Notes: generated by a model from the letters alone, not told the origin. Shown: positions 31,301 through 44,694, counted from the first letter of the stretch. The stretch: 64,000 nt of DNA from Rebecca billardiae RCC1528 (GCA_965240325.2 OZ251241.1:682001-746000); one strand, 5' to 3'. Translations and numbers: made by a program.

Positions 31301-34300
31301 AGAGCAGACCGGCGCCGTCCGCCTGGATCGCGCCGGCGAGCGAGCGCGAGAAGACGCAGCGCTCGATGCGCGAGGCGCGCGCGGGGCGGCGCGCCCCCGC
31401 CGTCGAGAGCCCGAGGTACTTGAACCACAGCGCCGGGTGCTCAAAGTCGAACTTGCCCATGCGCGCAAATTCCACGTCGGTAAGGTTGGCCGCGCCCACC
31501 CACGTGCCGTCTGCCGAGCCGCCGACGACGACCACGCCGCCGTACGCCGTGTCCTCCTCGACGTTGCGGAACTGCACGTTGGACCAGTTGCCCACGAGCG
31601 CCACCGTCGCCGCGAGCTCGAGCCGCGGGTAGTGCGCGCCGTCCGCCTCGTCGAGCACCGTGCCGGCGAAGTGGCGGTGCGCGAGCGGCGAGCTGAGGGT
31701 CAGCTCGGTCTCGTCGGCATCCGCGTCGTATGTGGGCGGCGCGACGAGGCTGAAGGTCTCGGCCTCGGTGGTCGCGGGGGGCTGCGGGTACTCGGTGGGG
31801 CCGACGGCGACGAGGGCGTGCGCGGGCCACGCCGACACGTCGCCGCGCACGCGCAGCGTCGTCGCACCCGCCGTCGCCGTCTCGCTCAGCTTGGCGTACG
31901 GCGGCGCGCGCAGCGGCTCGCCCGCCGCTGAGAGCGATCCCAGGACTCCCATCACCTTGGTCCGGAGGAAGAGGCCCTCGACCATGAGCTCGGTGTGGTC
32001 GTCCTCCTCGCCGAAGAGGGAGACCGCCGCGCTCACGTTGCGCGGGATCGGCTCCTCCGCCGTGCCGAGCACCAGCCGGCCCCACACGTGCACCGCGCGC
32101 GCCGTGATCTCCGTGTCCACCTCGCGCGACGCCTCGAGCCAGCCGGCGACTGTGAGCCGGTTGAGTGCGGGCGTGCGCACGTCGAGCAGCACGTAGTCGG
32201 CGGAGGAGAGCACCACGTTGTCGCCGTCGGCGGGCGGGCGGAACTCGATGTCCGGCGGCTCGAGCTGCAGCCGCCGCCGCCGCCGCCGCTCGCGCCACAG
32301 CGGCTCGGCGCGCTCGGCCGCGCCGTCCGCCGCGCGCGCGGCGAGCCGGCGGCCGCCCGCGGCGCGCAGCACACGGTGTGCGCGCTCCGCGAGCGCGCGC
32401 CGGCGCTCCGCGGGCGGGATGGGCGAGCACCAGCGCAGCGACGCGCCCTCGGTCATCTTCTCGCACTGCCAGATCGACGCGTCCGACCAGCGGCGCAGCC
32501 CGCGCAGCGCCGCCTCGTCCAGCGCGGGCGGGCGCGGGCAGCCGTGCACAGGGCATTCGCGCGCGTACAGCTTCTGCGAGAGAGAGCCGCGCGGCGCCGC
32601 CTCGTCGCTCAGCACGGTGGTGAGCCGGCCGGGGACCCACGGGAGCTCGGGCTGGTCGTTGAGCTCGAACTTGGTGCGCAGGCTCGTCTGGTTGAGGTAG
32701 GCGCCCGAGCACTCGCGCAGCGCCGCCGCCGAGAGGTTGCGGTACGGCTCGCACAGCTCGGGCCACAGCCGGTGCGCGAACGAGCCGAAATCATCCTCAA
32801 ACATGTCAGGCTGGCGACGCAGCCGCGGGCCGACCGTCGCGTCGAAGTGGTGGCGCCAGTCGGTGTAGTTGAGGTGGAGCGTGAGCAGCTCGGGCGTCGG
32901 GCGCACCACCGTGCCGCCGCCCGCCGCCCAGCCGTGCGCCTGCCACACGTAGTTGCGCGCCGAGTAGCGCAGCCGGATCTCCTGCCAGTCGTTGGGGTCG
33001 TCGATGCGCACGTCGTATGTGCGGTTGGCGAGCACAGGCACGCCCCAGCCCGCGAGCTTCTTCCAGTTGTACCGCACGCGGTCCTCGCCCGCGTCGGTGC
33101 GCACGACGAGCTCCTCGCCGTCGAAGTGGTGGTACGGCACAAAGTCGTCGAGCTCGAGCAGCCGCAGCCGCACCGAGCCGTCGGGCGCGCCGCACACGAT
33201 CCCGTTGGCAAAGCGGCTGTCGCCCCACGCGCACACGCCGTCGTCCCAGTGGTTGAAGCCGGCGTCCCACGTGACCCAGCCGTTGGGGAAGCCGGTGAGC
33301 GAGCCGTCGAGGTCGTGGAAGATGCCGGCAGTGCCGTCGCGCACCGCCGAGCTCGTGCGCACGTCCGAGTTGACCCACGCCGTGCGCTCGTACCGCATGG
33401 TGCAGCCGTTCTGGTAGCAGCCGTCCAGCACGGGCGTGTCAAAGTAGTTGGTGACGTGCAGCCCCGAGACGAGCCAGTACTCGTTGTCCTTGGGCGAGTG
33501 GATGCCGAGCCCGGCGTTCGCGCGGCCCGCGCTCGCGTCGAGGTTGCCCACCAGCACGAGCTCGTCGAAGAACGGCTCGGCGTGCAGCCCGTTCATGTAG
33601 TGGTTGAGGTGGACCGCGCGGCCGCACTCGAGGAAGCGGTGGTCCTCGTGCCGGATGTTGCCAGATGAGTAATAAAACATGCACGTGCCGCAGCGGAAGG
33701 CGGTGAACGTCTGGAAGTGGTTGGGCGTGGGCGGCTGGTGCGGCGGGAAGAGCCGCCAGCCAAAGCCGCACACGTGCGCCGAGTTGTTGAAGAAGGTGAA
33801 GTCCGTCTGCGCCGCGCCCGCGCCCGCCTGCACGTTGAGCTTCCATCCGCGGTGGCAGCGCGACGCGAGGTTAGAGTGGTGCCAGCCGGTGAAGCCGGGG
33901 AGCCAGAAGCCGGCGGGCGTCTTGTCGTCGCCGAGCAGCAGCGGGTGCGACACCGTCGCCACCGCGAGGTTGTGCTCGAACCGCGCGTACTTCTCCGGCC
34001 CCTCCTCGGTGAAGAAGTTGTGGCCCTTGCCCTTGTACGCGACGTTGTCGCGCACCATCGCCCAGTGCGTGCCGTGCACGACGCACACGCGCTGGAACGT
34101 GTGGTGCACCGAGTTGTTGCGGAAGTAGGCGGTGTCGAGCACGTCCACGCCCGAGCGGCTGAAGCCGAGGTGGTGCCTGCGCGCGCGCGCGCGGGGAGCG
34201 AGGGGGGGGGGGACGGGCGCGAGGGGGCGAGCGGGCTGCTGAGCGCGGGCGGCCCCGGCCGGGCGCGCTTCTGCGCGTGCGCCCGCCCGCGGCGCGCGCG

Positions 34301-37300
34301 GCGCGCGGCGCGCGCCGCGCACCAGTGGAAGTTGTACCGGCCGAGGTTGGCGGCCTGGCCCGTGCGCGTCATCTCGACGTGCTCAAAGCGCAGCACGCCG
34401 CCGTGGAACGCGCCCACGTGCGCGCCGAACTGGTACGCGTTGCCGAGCGAGAGCGAGCGCTCGTCGCCCTGCACACGCACGTTGCGCTCGAGCAGACCGA
34501 CGGCGGCGCGCAGGTCGGACGGGGCGGCGCCCTCGGCGTGCCAGTGCCAGATGCCGAGGTGCTCGTGGCGCAGGGGCTCGTCGAGCACGAGCGTGAGGCC
34601 GCCGTCCTCCACGCCCGCCACGCGGCGCAGCTCCTCCGCATGCCCACGGCTGGTGGGCGTGACGACGACGCGCGCGCCCACCGCCCAGTTGACGGGCTCG
34701 GCGAGTGAGAGCCGCGTGTCGCCGGGGTCCGCGGTGCGCACGATGCGCGTCCACGCCGCGCGGTGCGCGCCGTGCAGGTCGATCGAGCCGACCGAGCGCA
34801 CGGGGCACACGTCGCCGCCGTACGCGCCCGCGCTGCCGTGGCCCATCCCGCCGCCGCCGTGCGCGTGGCACCCGCCGTCGAAGCCGCCCAGGTTGGTCAC
34901 GGCGAGCATCTTGGAGCCGATGAACGGCAGCTCGATCGTAAACCAACGGTCGCCGTGCAGCGTGATCGTCGCGCGCTGCTCGAACGGCTCGTCCTCCGTG
35001 CCCACGCGCAGCGCGCCGCCCGCCACCCAGATGTACGTCGCGTTGAGCGCGAGGTCGCGCCGGTCGAACTCGAGCTCGCCCGAGATGAGCAGCAGGAAGA
35101 GCTTCGGCGAGTCCTCGTCCAGCAGGATCGCCTGCCCGTGCGGCACAATCACCGAGTCACCGTCGACAGGCGGCTCGGAGTGGAGCCAGGAGCGCGGGTC
35201 GCTCCAGAGGTCGATGTAGGAGAAGCGCGCGGCCACGGCGTCCGTGAGCAGCGCGTACCCCTTGCCCTGCACCCACACCGACGTGCGGGGGTCGCGGATG
35301 CCGTCCGCGCGCTCGGCGCTCACGCACGAGAGCGCGGACGCGCCGGATGCGCTCGGCTCGCATCCGTACCCGTTGAGCTGCGCGCGCAGGCCGTCGAGCG
35401 CGGCCGCGCCGGCAAGTGGCACGCCGTCCGCGCCGAGCGGCGCGAGCCGCGCGCCGCTCGCCGTGACGAGCGTGCCGCCGCGCGCGCTGCCGCTCCGAGG
35501 CGCGAGCGCGTGCAGCAGCGGCGTGCGCTCGAGCGAGTACTGCACGCTCACGCCCGACTGCGCGGCCGGCGCGGCCGCGTCCGCGCGCGCGTGGCGCACT
35601 GACTCGACGACGAGCGGGCACTGCCCGGACTCGTCCGCCGCGAGCGCGTGGCCGTCGAAGCGCGCGCCGCGCAGCAGGTCGCCGCGCGAGCGGCACGCCT
35701 GTGCGGGCAGCCGCACGCGGAAGGCGCGCGCCTCGACGGGCGGCGAGAGGACGAAGGCGTTCCATCCCTGCGCGACGGTGGCGCCCGTGTCGACCGCGTC
35801 GGCGAGGTCGGCGACGACGTGCCACGCGGCCTCCTCGTCCGCGCCCTCCGCGCGCAGCTCCGCCAAGGTCCGGTTGCGCACCTCGAGCGTCGCGCTCGCC
35901 ATCAGCGCGCGCCGGCCCGGCTCGACGGGCGGGTAGATCTTGGCGGAGGTGACGAGCGCGCGCTTGCTCGGCGGCAGCTCAAAGCCAAAGGTGCACTCGG
36001 CGTTGCGGTTGCGCCAGCGCCCGTCGCCGTCCTGCAGCGTGAGCGCGCTGTCCGCGCGCCCCGTGAACACCTGCCGCGCCCACGCGTCCTCGCTGCTGTC
36101 GTGCGGCCGGTCGGTGAAGAAGGCCGCGGCGTGCGAGGCGAGGTCCTCCGGCGGGAACGTGCCGGGCAGCGCGTCGAGCAGCGCCCGCGTCGTGTACGGA
36201 GGCGTGGCGCACGTCGCCGAGTCGCCGTGTGCGGAGAGCGGCGCGCACGGCAGGCCGCACACGGTGATCGCCAGGTCGGACGGCTCGTGGCCGAGCCCAA
36301 AGCCGCGCAGCGTGAGCTCGACGCCGCCGCCGTGGCCCGAGCCGGGCGCGCCGACCGCGACGGCGCTCTCGACCGAGCTCACGACCGCGGCCAGGCTGAG
36401 CGGCAGCGCCGAGCTCCAACCGTTCAGCGCGGCCGACCACACGCGCACCGACCACGTGCCGCCGGGCGTGTGCGCCGCCGGCCGCGCGCACTCGACGACG
36501 CTCTGGTTCCACGCGGACAGCTCGCACGCCAAGTTGTGCGCGGGCGTGGGCGCGTTGCCCAGCGCGACGACGCCGCCCGCCGCCGCCGCGCCGCCGAGCG
36601 CGCCGTCGATGGCGATGGCGAGCGAGAGCGCGCCGCCGCTGGTCTCAAAGGTCGCGCCCTCCGGCCTCTGCGAGAGCGCCAGCAGCTGCGGCGACGCGTC
36701 GGCCGCGTCGTGCGCAAACGCCGTGCCCGCGCCGCCGGGCTCCTCGAGGCTGCCCACGCGCACGGCCGTGGGCGCGCTCGGCTGCGGCAGCGAGGTGAAG
36801 ACGAGCCACTCGTAGTCGCCGCCGATCGAGCAGTCGTTGGGCGCGCACGCGGAGCACGCGCGCAGCTGGCACGCGCGCGTGTAGTTGCGGAAGGCGGCGG
36901 TGTTGCACGAGGCGTGCGCCGCGCACGAGGCGACGCACGCCTCGAGCGACGACGCGTCGCCGTTACCGCGGCTGCTGCACCCGCTCGGCCGCTGCCCCGG
37001 CCAGCGGTGGATCGGGCGGAAGTCCGGGAGCGCGTCCGTGAAGCAGACAATCTGCGAGTGTGTCTCGGTCTCGATGGCGCACGGCAGCCCGCCGACCATC
37101 GCCATCGACGCGGTGCGCGCCAGCGGGCCGCCGTCGTGCATCCCCGCGTGCGCGCCGCCCTCCTCGTCCTCCTCCTCCTCCTCGTGCCCGTGCATGCCGC
37201 CGTGGCCCATCGCCGGCCCGCCGCCAAACCCGGAGCCGTCGATGGTCACGCGCGTGCCGCCGTAGTGACTGCCGCGCGTCGGCTCGATGGCGTGCACGCG

Positions 37301-37938
37301 CAGCAGCTGGCGGAAGTAGAGCCTCGAGTGCGGCGTGCCGTCCGCGCCCTCGCCCGGCGCGGCGCCAAGCGCCCAGCCCAGCGACGGGATCAGCACGGTC
37401 ACGCGCACCGTCGACGCGGCAAACGCGCACAGCGGCACGAGCAGGCGCACGCCTGCGCTGCCGTCCGTGCGCGGCTCGGCGGCGGAGAGCGCGCACTCCG
37501 TCTGCCCGAACCACACGCGCGCGTCCGCGCCGCCCTGCGCGCCCGTCGCGCCGCTCAGCAGGATCTCGACCTCCGTGCCTTCCGCGTGCGCGCCCTCGGT
37601 CGGGCTCATCGCGTCGACGACCGGCGTGGCGGCGGTGTCGAGCGTGAAGCCGCACGCATCGGCGGACGCGCAGCGCGCGCGCACGCCGTTCAGTGTGAGC
37701 GCAAGAAGGGCTGGCGTGGGCGGCGCGAGCGCGGGCGGCGGCGGCGGCGGCGGCGCGGCGGGCGACTCGGCGGGCGGCGCGGACGGCGGCGGCGACGACG
37801 GCGGCGCGGCGGGCGGCGGCGCGTCAGCTGCGTCGGTGCCGTTGCCCGCGGCAAGCTGAAGCCCCCGGCGGCGCGGCGCGGCCGTGGGCACAGGGCTGGT
37901 GTCGTCGTCGGCGTCGTCGTCGGTGTCGTCGGCGTCGT

Positions 37939-37975
<37 letters not shown>

Positions 37976-40900
37976 GGCGGCGGCGGCGTCGTCGGCGGCG
38001 GCGTCCGCGTCGGCGTCGGCGCCGTCGGCGTCGTCTTCGGCGGGCTCGCGCTCGGCGAGCGCGCGCCGGTGCACGCGCTCCGTGCGCGCCGGCGGCGCGG
38101 CGCGCGCCTTGTGCGGCGGCGCCTTGCGCATCTGCGCCAGCGCGCGGTGCGCGCGGTGCGAGGCCGCGGCCGCGTGCCCGCGCAGCCGACCGGCTCGTAG
38201 CAGCGCGCGCGCGAAGCGGTGCTGGTCCTCGTCCTCCTCGGCGTCGTCGTGCGCGGTGGCGGCGGAGGTGTGCCGCGCGGCGGCGCGGCCGCTCGCCAGG
38301 CCGACCCCGCCGAGCGCGCTGCCCGCCGCGCCGCGGCCGCGCGGCATGCGCGGCACGCCCGCGTCGGCGTGTGCGTCCGCCGCGCCGTCGGCCGCCGCGC
38401 CGGCGCTCGCGAGCGGCACGGTTGCGTGCTCGTGCAGCAGCCGGCGGCGCGCGCCGGGCGCGCCGAGCGCGCGCAGGTCCGACGCGGCGCCGCCCACCTG
38501 GCACACCACGTGCGAGCCGTCGCCATGCCGCACCTCGCACGGCACCGTCTCCAGCCGGTGCCCAGCGCCGATCTCGAGCCAAATCTCGTGTGCCTCCGCG
38601 GCGGCGCCGTCGAGCCCGGCGCCGCGGATGGTGAGCATTGTGCCGCCCGCGCGCGAGCCGAGGGCGGGCTCGATGGAGTGCACCTCGAAGCGCGAGTCGA
38701 GCGAGGCGGCCGAGCCGTTCACCACCGCCGAGCCCACCGACGAGCGCCACACCGCCGGCGCGCCGCCCGTGTGCGCGTCTGGCGTGGGCGCGGCGCGCGG
38801 CAGCCAGCACTCGACGGCCGCGTCCAAGCGCGAGCGCACGGCGCACGGCCGCGCGCCGAAGCGCACGTGCAGCTCGTCCGGCGCGGCGGCGTCGCCGAAC
38901 CCCGAGCCGTGCAGCGTGACCATGCTCGAGACCGCCGCGGACACCGCCTCGGGCTCGACGCGGCCGACCAGCGGCGTGCTCGCAGGCTCGTGCGACCACC
39001 GCCCGCGCTCGACGCCACTCGCCGACGGCGGCTGCAACGAGCGGAGCTCGGCGGCGGCGGCGGCGGCGGGGGCGTGCGCGAGCTGGAGTGCCGTGCCATC
39101 CCACGCGGAGGCACCCGCGCCGGCGAGGAGCGCCGCGGTGGGCGGCGTGACGCAGCGCAGGCCCGCCGCGCCCGACTCGCCCACCGCCGCGCCCGCCGCG
39201 CGGCCGAGCGCGGCAGCCACCGCGCCCGCGCCGCTCAGCGGCGCGCCCCCAATCGTGAGCTGCGAGCACTCGAGTCCGAGCAGCCCGTCGCCGGTGAGCA
39301 GGACGGGGGTGCCGCCGGCGGCGGAGCCGAGGGCGGGCTCGAAGCTGTCGAGGTGCAGCTCGAGCTCCATCGTCGGCGCGGCCGCCGGCGCCGCGCGCCC
39401 GTGCCGCGCGCTCTGCAGGTGCACCGCGTGCGCGCCCGCCGCGCCGTCGCCGAGCGTGCACGTGAGCTCTTGCGATGCGGCCGCGTCGGCGGCCGCGGCC
39501 GCGTTGGCCGCGGCGAGGCCGGCGGGCGTGTCGTCGACGAGGGGCGCGCAGACGGCGGCGTCGTCGCCGAGGACCACGCTGAGCTGCGCGAGCGCCGCCT
39601 CGCGCAGCGCCTCGTCCGCCGCCTCGGCCGCGCGCATCGCGCCTTGCACACTCAGCCGCACCGTGTCGCCCGCTCCGGCGCTCACGCGGTCGACCGACTG
39701 CAGCGAGGGCGTCAGGGCAGCGTCGCGCGTGTACGTGGGGCGCGCGGCGTCGGGCGCGTCGGCGACGCAGCCGAGCACGCCGAGCGTGCTCACCACCACC
39801 GACGCCTCGCCCTCCGCCCCGCCGCCCGCCTCCGAGTCCGGCTCGGGCATCCGGAACCAGTCGGCCGGGATCCGCTCCAGCTGCGCCGCGTCCGCGTCCG
39901 CGGCCTCGAGCTGGCGCACTCGCATGGAAAGTCCGGGCGCGGCGAGTCCGGTGGTGTCGAGGGCGAGGCGCGGGGCGTGGTGCGCCGCGCGCACGCGCAC
40001 GAGCAGCTCGAACGCCTCGAACGGCCGCCACTGCCGCCACCGGTCGCTCGGCCACGCCTCGAGCTCCGCCGCGTCCGGCGCCGCCCACGACGCGCCGTCT
40101 GCGACGAGCGGCGCCGCCGAGATCGCCTCCGAGATTGCCTTCCACGCGTAGTCGCCGTCGGGCTGCCACGCGGCGCGCGGGTCGATGGGCGGGGTCCACT
40201 CGTCGCCCACGCCGAGGCGGAACGTCCCGCCCAGCGCCGCGCTCCCCGCCCGCGTGCGCGCCACCTCGGGCCCGATCTCGCCGACGTGCGCGCCGCCCGC
40301 CGGCTGCGACAGCGGCGCTGCCACATAGATGTCAGCGTGTGTCGGCTGTGCTGGGCGGAGCGCGCAGTTGAAGTCGATGGTGAAGGTGGCGCCGCCGGCG
40401 GGCGTGGGCGTGCGCGTGACGGCGAGGTCGCGGCAGCTGAGCGCGTCCACGTACACCAGCCTGCCCCGCTTCCCGTCGTACTGCAGCGCCTGCGCGCCCG
40501 CCACCGCCTCCCGCACCTCCTCCGCGCCCGCGGCCGCGCGCAGCTCGACGTCCGCAAACGCAGACGAGGGCGATGCGACGCGCAGCAGGTACGAACCTGG
40601 GTGGCTCGCGTTGGCGAGGGTGAGCGTGTGCCGCTCGCGCACGAGCGCGGCGGTGGCGCGCAGCTGCACGGCGTACAGCGCGAGCGCGGGCGCGGCGTGC
40701 GCGCTCGCCGCCGCCGCCTCCGCGCCGAGCAAGCTCCCGTCGGCGCGCGCCGCGCGGCCGAGGCCCGCGACGCGCGCGCCCAGCCGCACCCACTGGTCAG
40801 TCGAGCCGCCGCGCAGCGCGTGCACGTAGCGGAAGGCGTAGCGCGCGCCGGCGAGCAGCGGGATCGGGCGGGAGACCTGCGCGCCCGGCCCGGCGAGCTC

Positions 40901-42313
40901 CGCGCCCTCGCCCACCTGCGCCGACGGGTAGTAGAACGCGGCGGGCGAGTGACGAGACTCGTCGACGGCCGTGCGCGCCGCGCGCGCGATCGCGCCGAGC
41001 GAGCCGAACGATTCGTCCGCGCCGAGCTCGAGGGTGGCGCCGCCGTCGGCGGCGAGGTAGAAGGTGTAGTTGGCGCTGAGCGGGGGCACGAGGTACCCCA
41101 CCACCTCGCGCGTCGCGCCCGACGACGGGCTCCACGCGCGCAGCGAGGGCGAGCCGTCGTCCTCGTCGCCCACGTAGTCGGCGCGCGCGCACAGCGCGCG
41201 CGTCGACGACGGCGCGGCCGCGCGCGTCGCCCACGGCTCGAGCTCGTCGGGCGCGAGGTCGTAGGTGCGCGCGAGCAGGCCGCGCGGCGTGGGCGAGCCG
41301 AGCGCGGGGTCCAGCTCGCCCAGCGTGCACACCAGCTCGTCCGCCGCCGCCGACGTCACCGCGCACGGCGCGCCGCCGACCGTGACGACGTTGGCGGCCG
41401 CGTCGTCGGAGAAGGAGGAGCCGTGCAGTGTGAGCGCGTGTCCGCCGTGCAGCCCGCCGCGCGCGGGCGTGACCGAGTCGACGCGCGGGTAGACGTCGAA
41501 GTGGTAGGGCACGCCGCTCGCAAGGTCGACGGTGCCCGCCCACACGCCGCGCCGCGCCTCGGGGTACGCGCTCTGCGAGTGCCCGCGGATGAGCGCGGCC
41601 GCGCCCAGCCCGTGCACAGTCGCGCTCGAGTCGTCGTCCTCGAGCGCAAAGCACGCGGCGTTCGGGCACTCGCCGAGGTCGGGGCGGAGGGGCATGACGC
41701 GCAGCGAGATGTTGTACGTGCCGGGGAGCAGCTCTGCCGGCAGCTCGCACCCGAACTTGGAGTACGACAGCGCCCAGCCCTCCACCTCCGAGTCGGTGCT
41801 GCACGCGACGTCGCCGATGCGCACGTCAATCTGCTCAGCGGCGTACGCGCGCATGCGGCCGTCAAAGTAGAGCACGTCGCCCGCGGCGGCGCCCCAGCGC
41901 GAGGCCCACGTGACGTACGGCGTGTTCGAGTCGTCGTACTTGAACGCCTCGAGCAGCGTCGCCGACGCCGCCTGGCCGAGCCCGCCGAACGTGTTGACGG
42001 TGACGGCGAGCGGCGCCGAGTCGACGAGCGGCGCGCCCGGCGACGGGCGCGTGACGCAGACGATGCGGCGCGAGTTGGTGTAGTGGGCGACGATGTCGCA
42101 CCGCCGAGCACCCACGTACACCGCCTGCGAGTCCCACGGGTTCGCCTCCGTCGGCAGGTGGAAGCCGGTGCCCTCGACGACGACGTACGTGCCGCCCTCG
42201 GTCGAGCCGCGCGTCGGGAAGACGTGCGTGACCTCGAGCGCGGCGGCGGCGGCGGCGGCGGCGAGGAGCGCGCCGAGCGCGAGCGCGGGTGCGTGCTGCG
42301 TCGCACGCGTCAT
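28398..42313 (-). CDS. PKHD1L1: Fibrocystin-L (PKHD1L1)-like type I membrane protein, ~4590 aa (IPT/TIG repeats, PA14, two G8 domains, beta-helix repeats, C-terminal TM); intron 34177-34322
   Basis: Signal peptide; repeated PxxGSxxGGT IPT starts; GYLVPPLSANYTFY (PA14); YIDLWSD..PPVDGDSVIVP (G8); LGRYNFHWHH formed across the intron; FQRVCVVHGTH; TM near 28770-28835. Confidence 0.9.
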
Positions 42314-42693
42314 CGGAGCGCGGTGTTGTGCGGCCCGTGTGCGGGGCGCGCGAGCGCGGCAAGGCGCAGGGGCAGCAAGAGGCGGGGCTCGAGGGGTCCC
42401 TCGGCAGCCCTCTTGGCGCCCTCCGTGGATGTGTGGGAGGCGGGTGGGCTGCAAAGGGTCCAGAAATAGGCCTCCTCTATTGCCGCCATGCGCACACTTG
42501 CACGATGCCGTATCTATGTGAGTACCGTTCACGAGCGTAACGTGCCGTTGACAAGGACGAAAGTTCATCATCGTCGAGCTGCATATTCCGCCGCCATCGT
42601 GGATATTGATTTTCCTTGATTGGGCGCCCGTTTTATTGTCCACGCCCGCGGGCCGGGTGGGGCCAGCCAGCAGCTCGCGCCCGCGCCGCGGCG

Positions 42694-44466
42694 ATGGCGA
42701 GCTCGTGGCCGCTCGAGTGGTTCCAGGCGTCGCACGGCGCGGAGACGACGGCCGAGTCCGCCGCCACCCGCCCGATCCACTTCAAGACCTTCAAGCCCCT
42801 CGACGTCGGCTTCACGCGCGACGACCCTCGGCTCGCCAAGGGGTGGGCGTCGTGGGAGGGCGCGGCCAACGTGCGCGTGGAGGAGACGCTCGACGCGTAC
42901 CGCCCGCGCAACCGGCTGCAGGCGCGCGCGAAGCTCGCCGCCACCTTCCGGCTCGGCAACCTCGCGCGCGCCACCGCCGCCGACGACGCGCCGAGCGAGG
43001 CGACGTCTGCGGTGGGCGCGACGGAGGCGTCCGACGTTGCTTCCGCGCTCGGCGCGCTCGTCAGCCTGCCGCCGGCGCTGATCAGCGAGGGCACGAGCGG
43101 CGGCGGCGGCGGCAGCGGCGGCGGCGTGCACGAGTTCACCGACGCGCGCCGCGCGCGCGCCGATCAGCTCGTCCGCGCGCGCGCCGCGGCCGCGCAGGCC
43201 GCGCACCGCAAGCGCATCGAGCTGCGCGCGCGCAACGAGGTAGCGCGCGCCGCGCGCGCGGAGGAGTCGGCGGCGTCGTGGCGCGAGCACAAGGAGGCGA
43301 GCCGCGCGATCTCGGAGGCGTTCGAGGAGGAGCGCCGCGTCGCGAAGGCGCGCGCCGACGCCGAGAGCGCGCGCATCCGCAAGTTCATCCTGAACGCGCG
43401 CGCGGGCACAGAGGAGCGCGCGGCGCGCGAGGCGTCAGCGGCGGCGAGCTCGCCGCCACCGCCGCTCGAGGCGAACGCGGCGCGCGCGGAGGAGCTGCGC
43501 CGCGCGGGCGAGCGGCGCGCGCGGGCGCAGCTCGAGCTCTCCCGCCGCGCGAGCGCCACCGGCGTCGCCGCCTTCCGCGAGGCCTCCGCCGCCGCCATCC
43601 CGCTGCGTGACGACTACGAGCGGCTCTGGGCCATGGAGTCCCCTCGAGAGGTCGAGCAGGAGCTTAGGGCGCAGGGCGAGCTGGCGACGATGAAGCGCAC
43701 GCTGCAGACGCAGCGGTTCCGCGCGCGGTTCGAGGAGCCGGACGCCGAGGCGGTCGGCGAGCAGGCCGTCGAGCGCTGGCGCGAGACGCGCCGCGAGGGC
43801 GCCGCGCTCGAGCGCGCGGCGCGCGAGCGCGCGGCCGCGGCCGCGAGCGCGACAGCGCACGATTTTGAGCTGCGCCGGCTGCGCGCGCGCGCCGAGAAGA
43901 GGCTGCTGCACGAGAACGTGGCGCGCGCGCGGCAGGGGAAGCCGCGGCTGCGCGTGGCGATCGACGACGCGCCCGGCCTCGGCGCCGCCTCCGCGCGCGC
44001 GCGCACCCTCGTCGTCCTCGAGGAGACGGCGGCCGAGCGCGAGGCGGCGAGACGCGACGCGGAGGCGCGCGCCGACGCGCTGCAGAGCGCGCGCCGCCGC
44101 GCGCGCCCGTCGAGCGAGGGGCGGCGCGGCGGGAGCCGCGGCAGCGAGGGCGGCGGCGCGGCGCGGGGTGGCATGCGCGGCGGCCGCGCGCGCTCCCAGC
44201 CCGAGAGCCCCGGCCGGCCGAGACGCTCGCTCACGGGCTTTGGCGGCGCCGCGCACCGCACCGCCACGGGGCCGGGCGGACCGGCGCCGCCGGCCGACGC
44301 GGCGGACGGCGCCGCCGGTGGCGGCGGCGGCCCGAAGGGCAGCCGGCCGGCGGGGCGTCGCACGGTGACGGGGTTCAAGCCGCGCCGCGTGATCACGGGC
44401 TACCTCCCGCCCTCCGTCGTCGCCGCGGACGACGCCGCGCGCTCGCCGCAGCGGCGGCGCGACTGA
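42694..44466 (+). CDS. Uncharacterised coiled-coil protein
   Basis: Long ORF with coding-type codon use and E/R/A-rich helical segments; head-to-head with the fibrocystin gene. Confidence 0.7.
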   Translation: MASSWPLEWFQASHGAETTAESAATRPIHFKTFKPLDVGFTRDDPRLAKGWASWEGAANVRVEETLDAYRPRNRLQARAKLAATFRLGNLARATAADDAPSEATSAVGATEASDVASALGALVSLPPALISEGTSGGGGGSGGGVHEFTDARRARADQLVRARAAAAQAAHRKRIELRARNEVARAARAEESAASWREHKEASRAISEAFEEERRVAKARADAESARIRKFILNARAGTEERAAREASAAASSPPPPLEANAARAEELRRAGERRARAQLELSRRASATGVAAFREASAAAIPLRDDYERLWAMESPREVEQELRAQGELATMKRTLQTQRFRARFEEPDAEAVGEQAVERWRETRREGAALERAARERAAAAASATAHDFELRRLRARAEKRLLHENVARARQGKPRLRVAIDDAPGLGAASARARTLVVLEETAAEREAARRDAEARADALQSARRRARPSSEGRRGGSRGSEGGGAARGGMRGGRARSQPESPGRPRRSLTGFGGAAHRTATGPGGPAPPADAADGAAGGGGGPKGSRPAGRRTVTGFKPRRVITGYLPPSVVAADDAARSPQRRRD

Positions 44467-44694
44467 CATGTAGTACTGACGCGTGGGCTTCTGCCGGAAC
44501 ATTCTTCATAGTCAGGCCGAGGCCGAGGTTTGTAGCGGCCAGGGGAGAGAGGGAGTAACAGCCTTGGGAAACAGGCAAACAGGGCTGGCGCTCGGCAGCG
44601 CTCCGCGCCACGCGGCCCAGGCCGGCCGAAAACCTGCCGAGGCCGCTCGACGCCTCGCCCCGCTTCATCAGCCGCCGCGCCGCCCGGCCCCGCC

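Noticed and set aside
28245-42469. Long plus-strand ORFs (781, 850, 1416 aa) opposite the fibrocystin gene
   Set aside because: Antisense shadow frames caused by stop-codon scarcity at high GC
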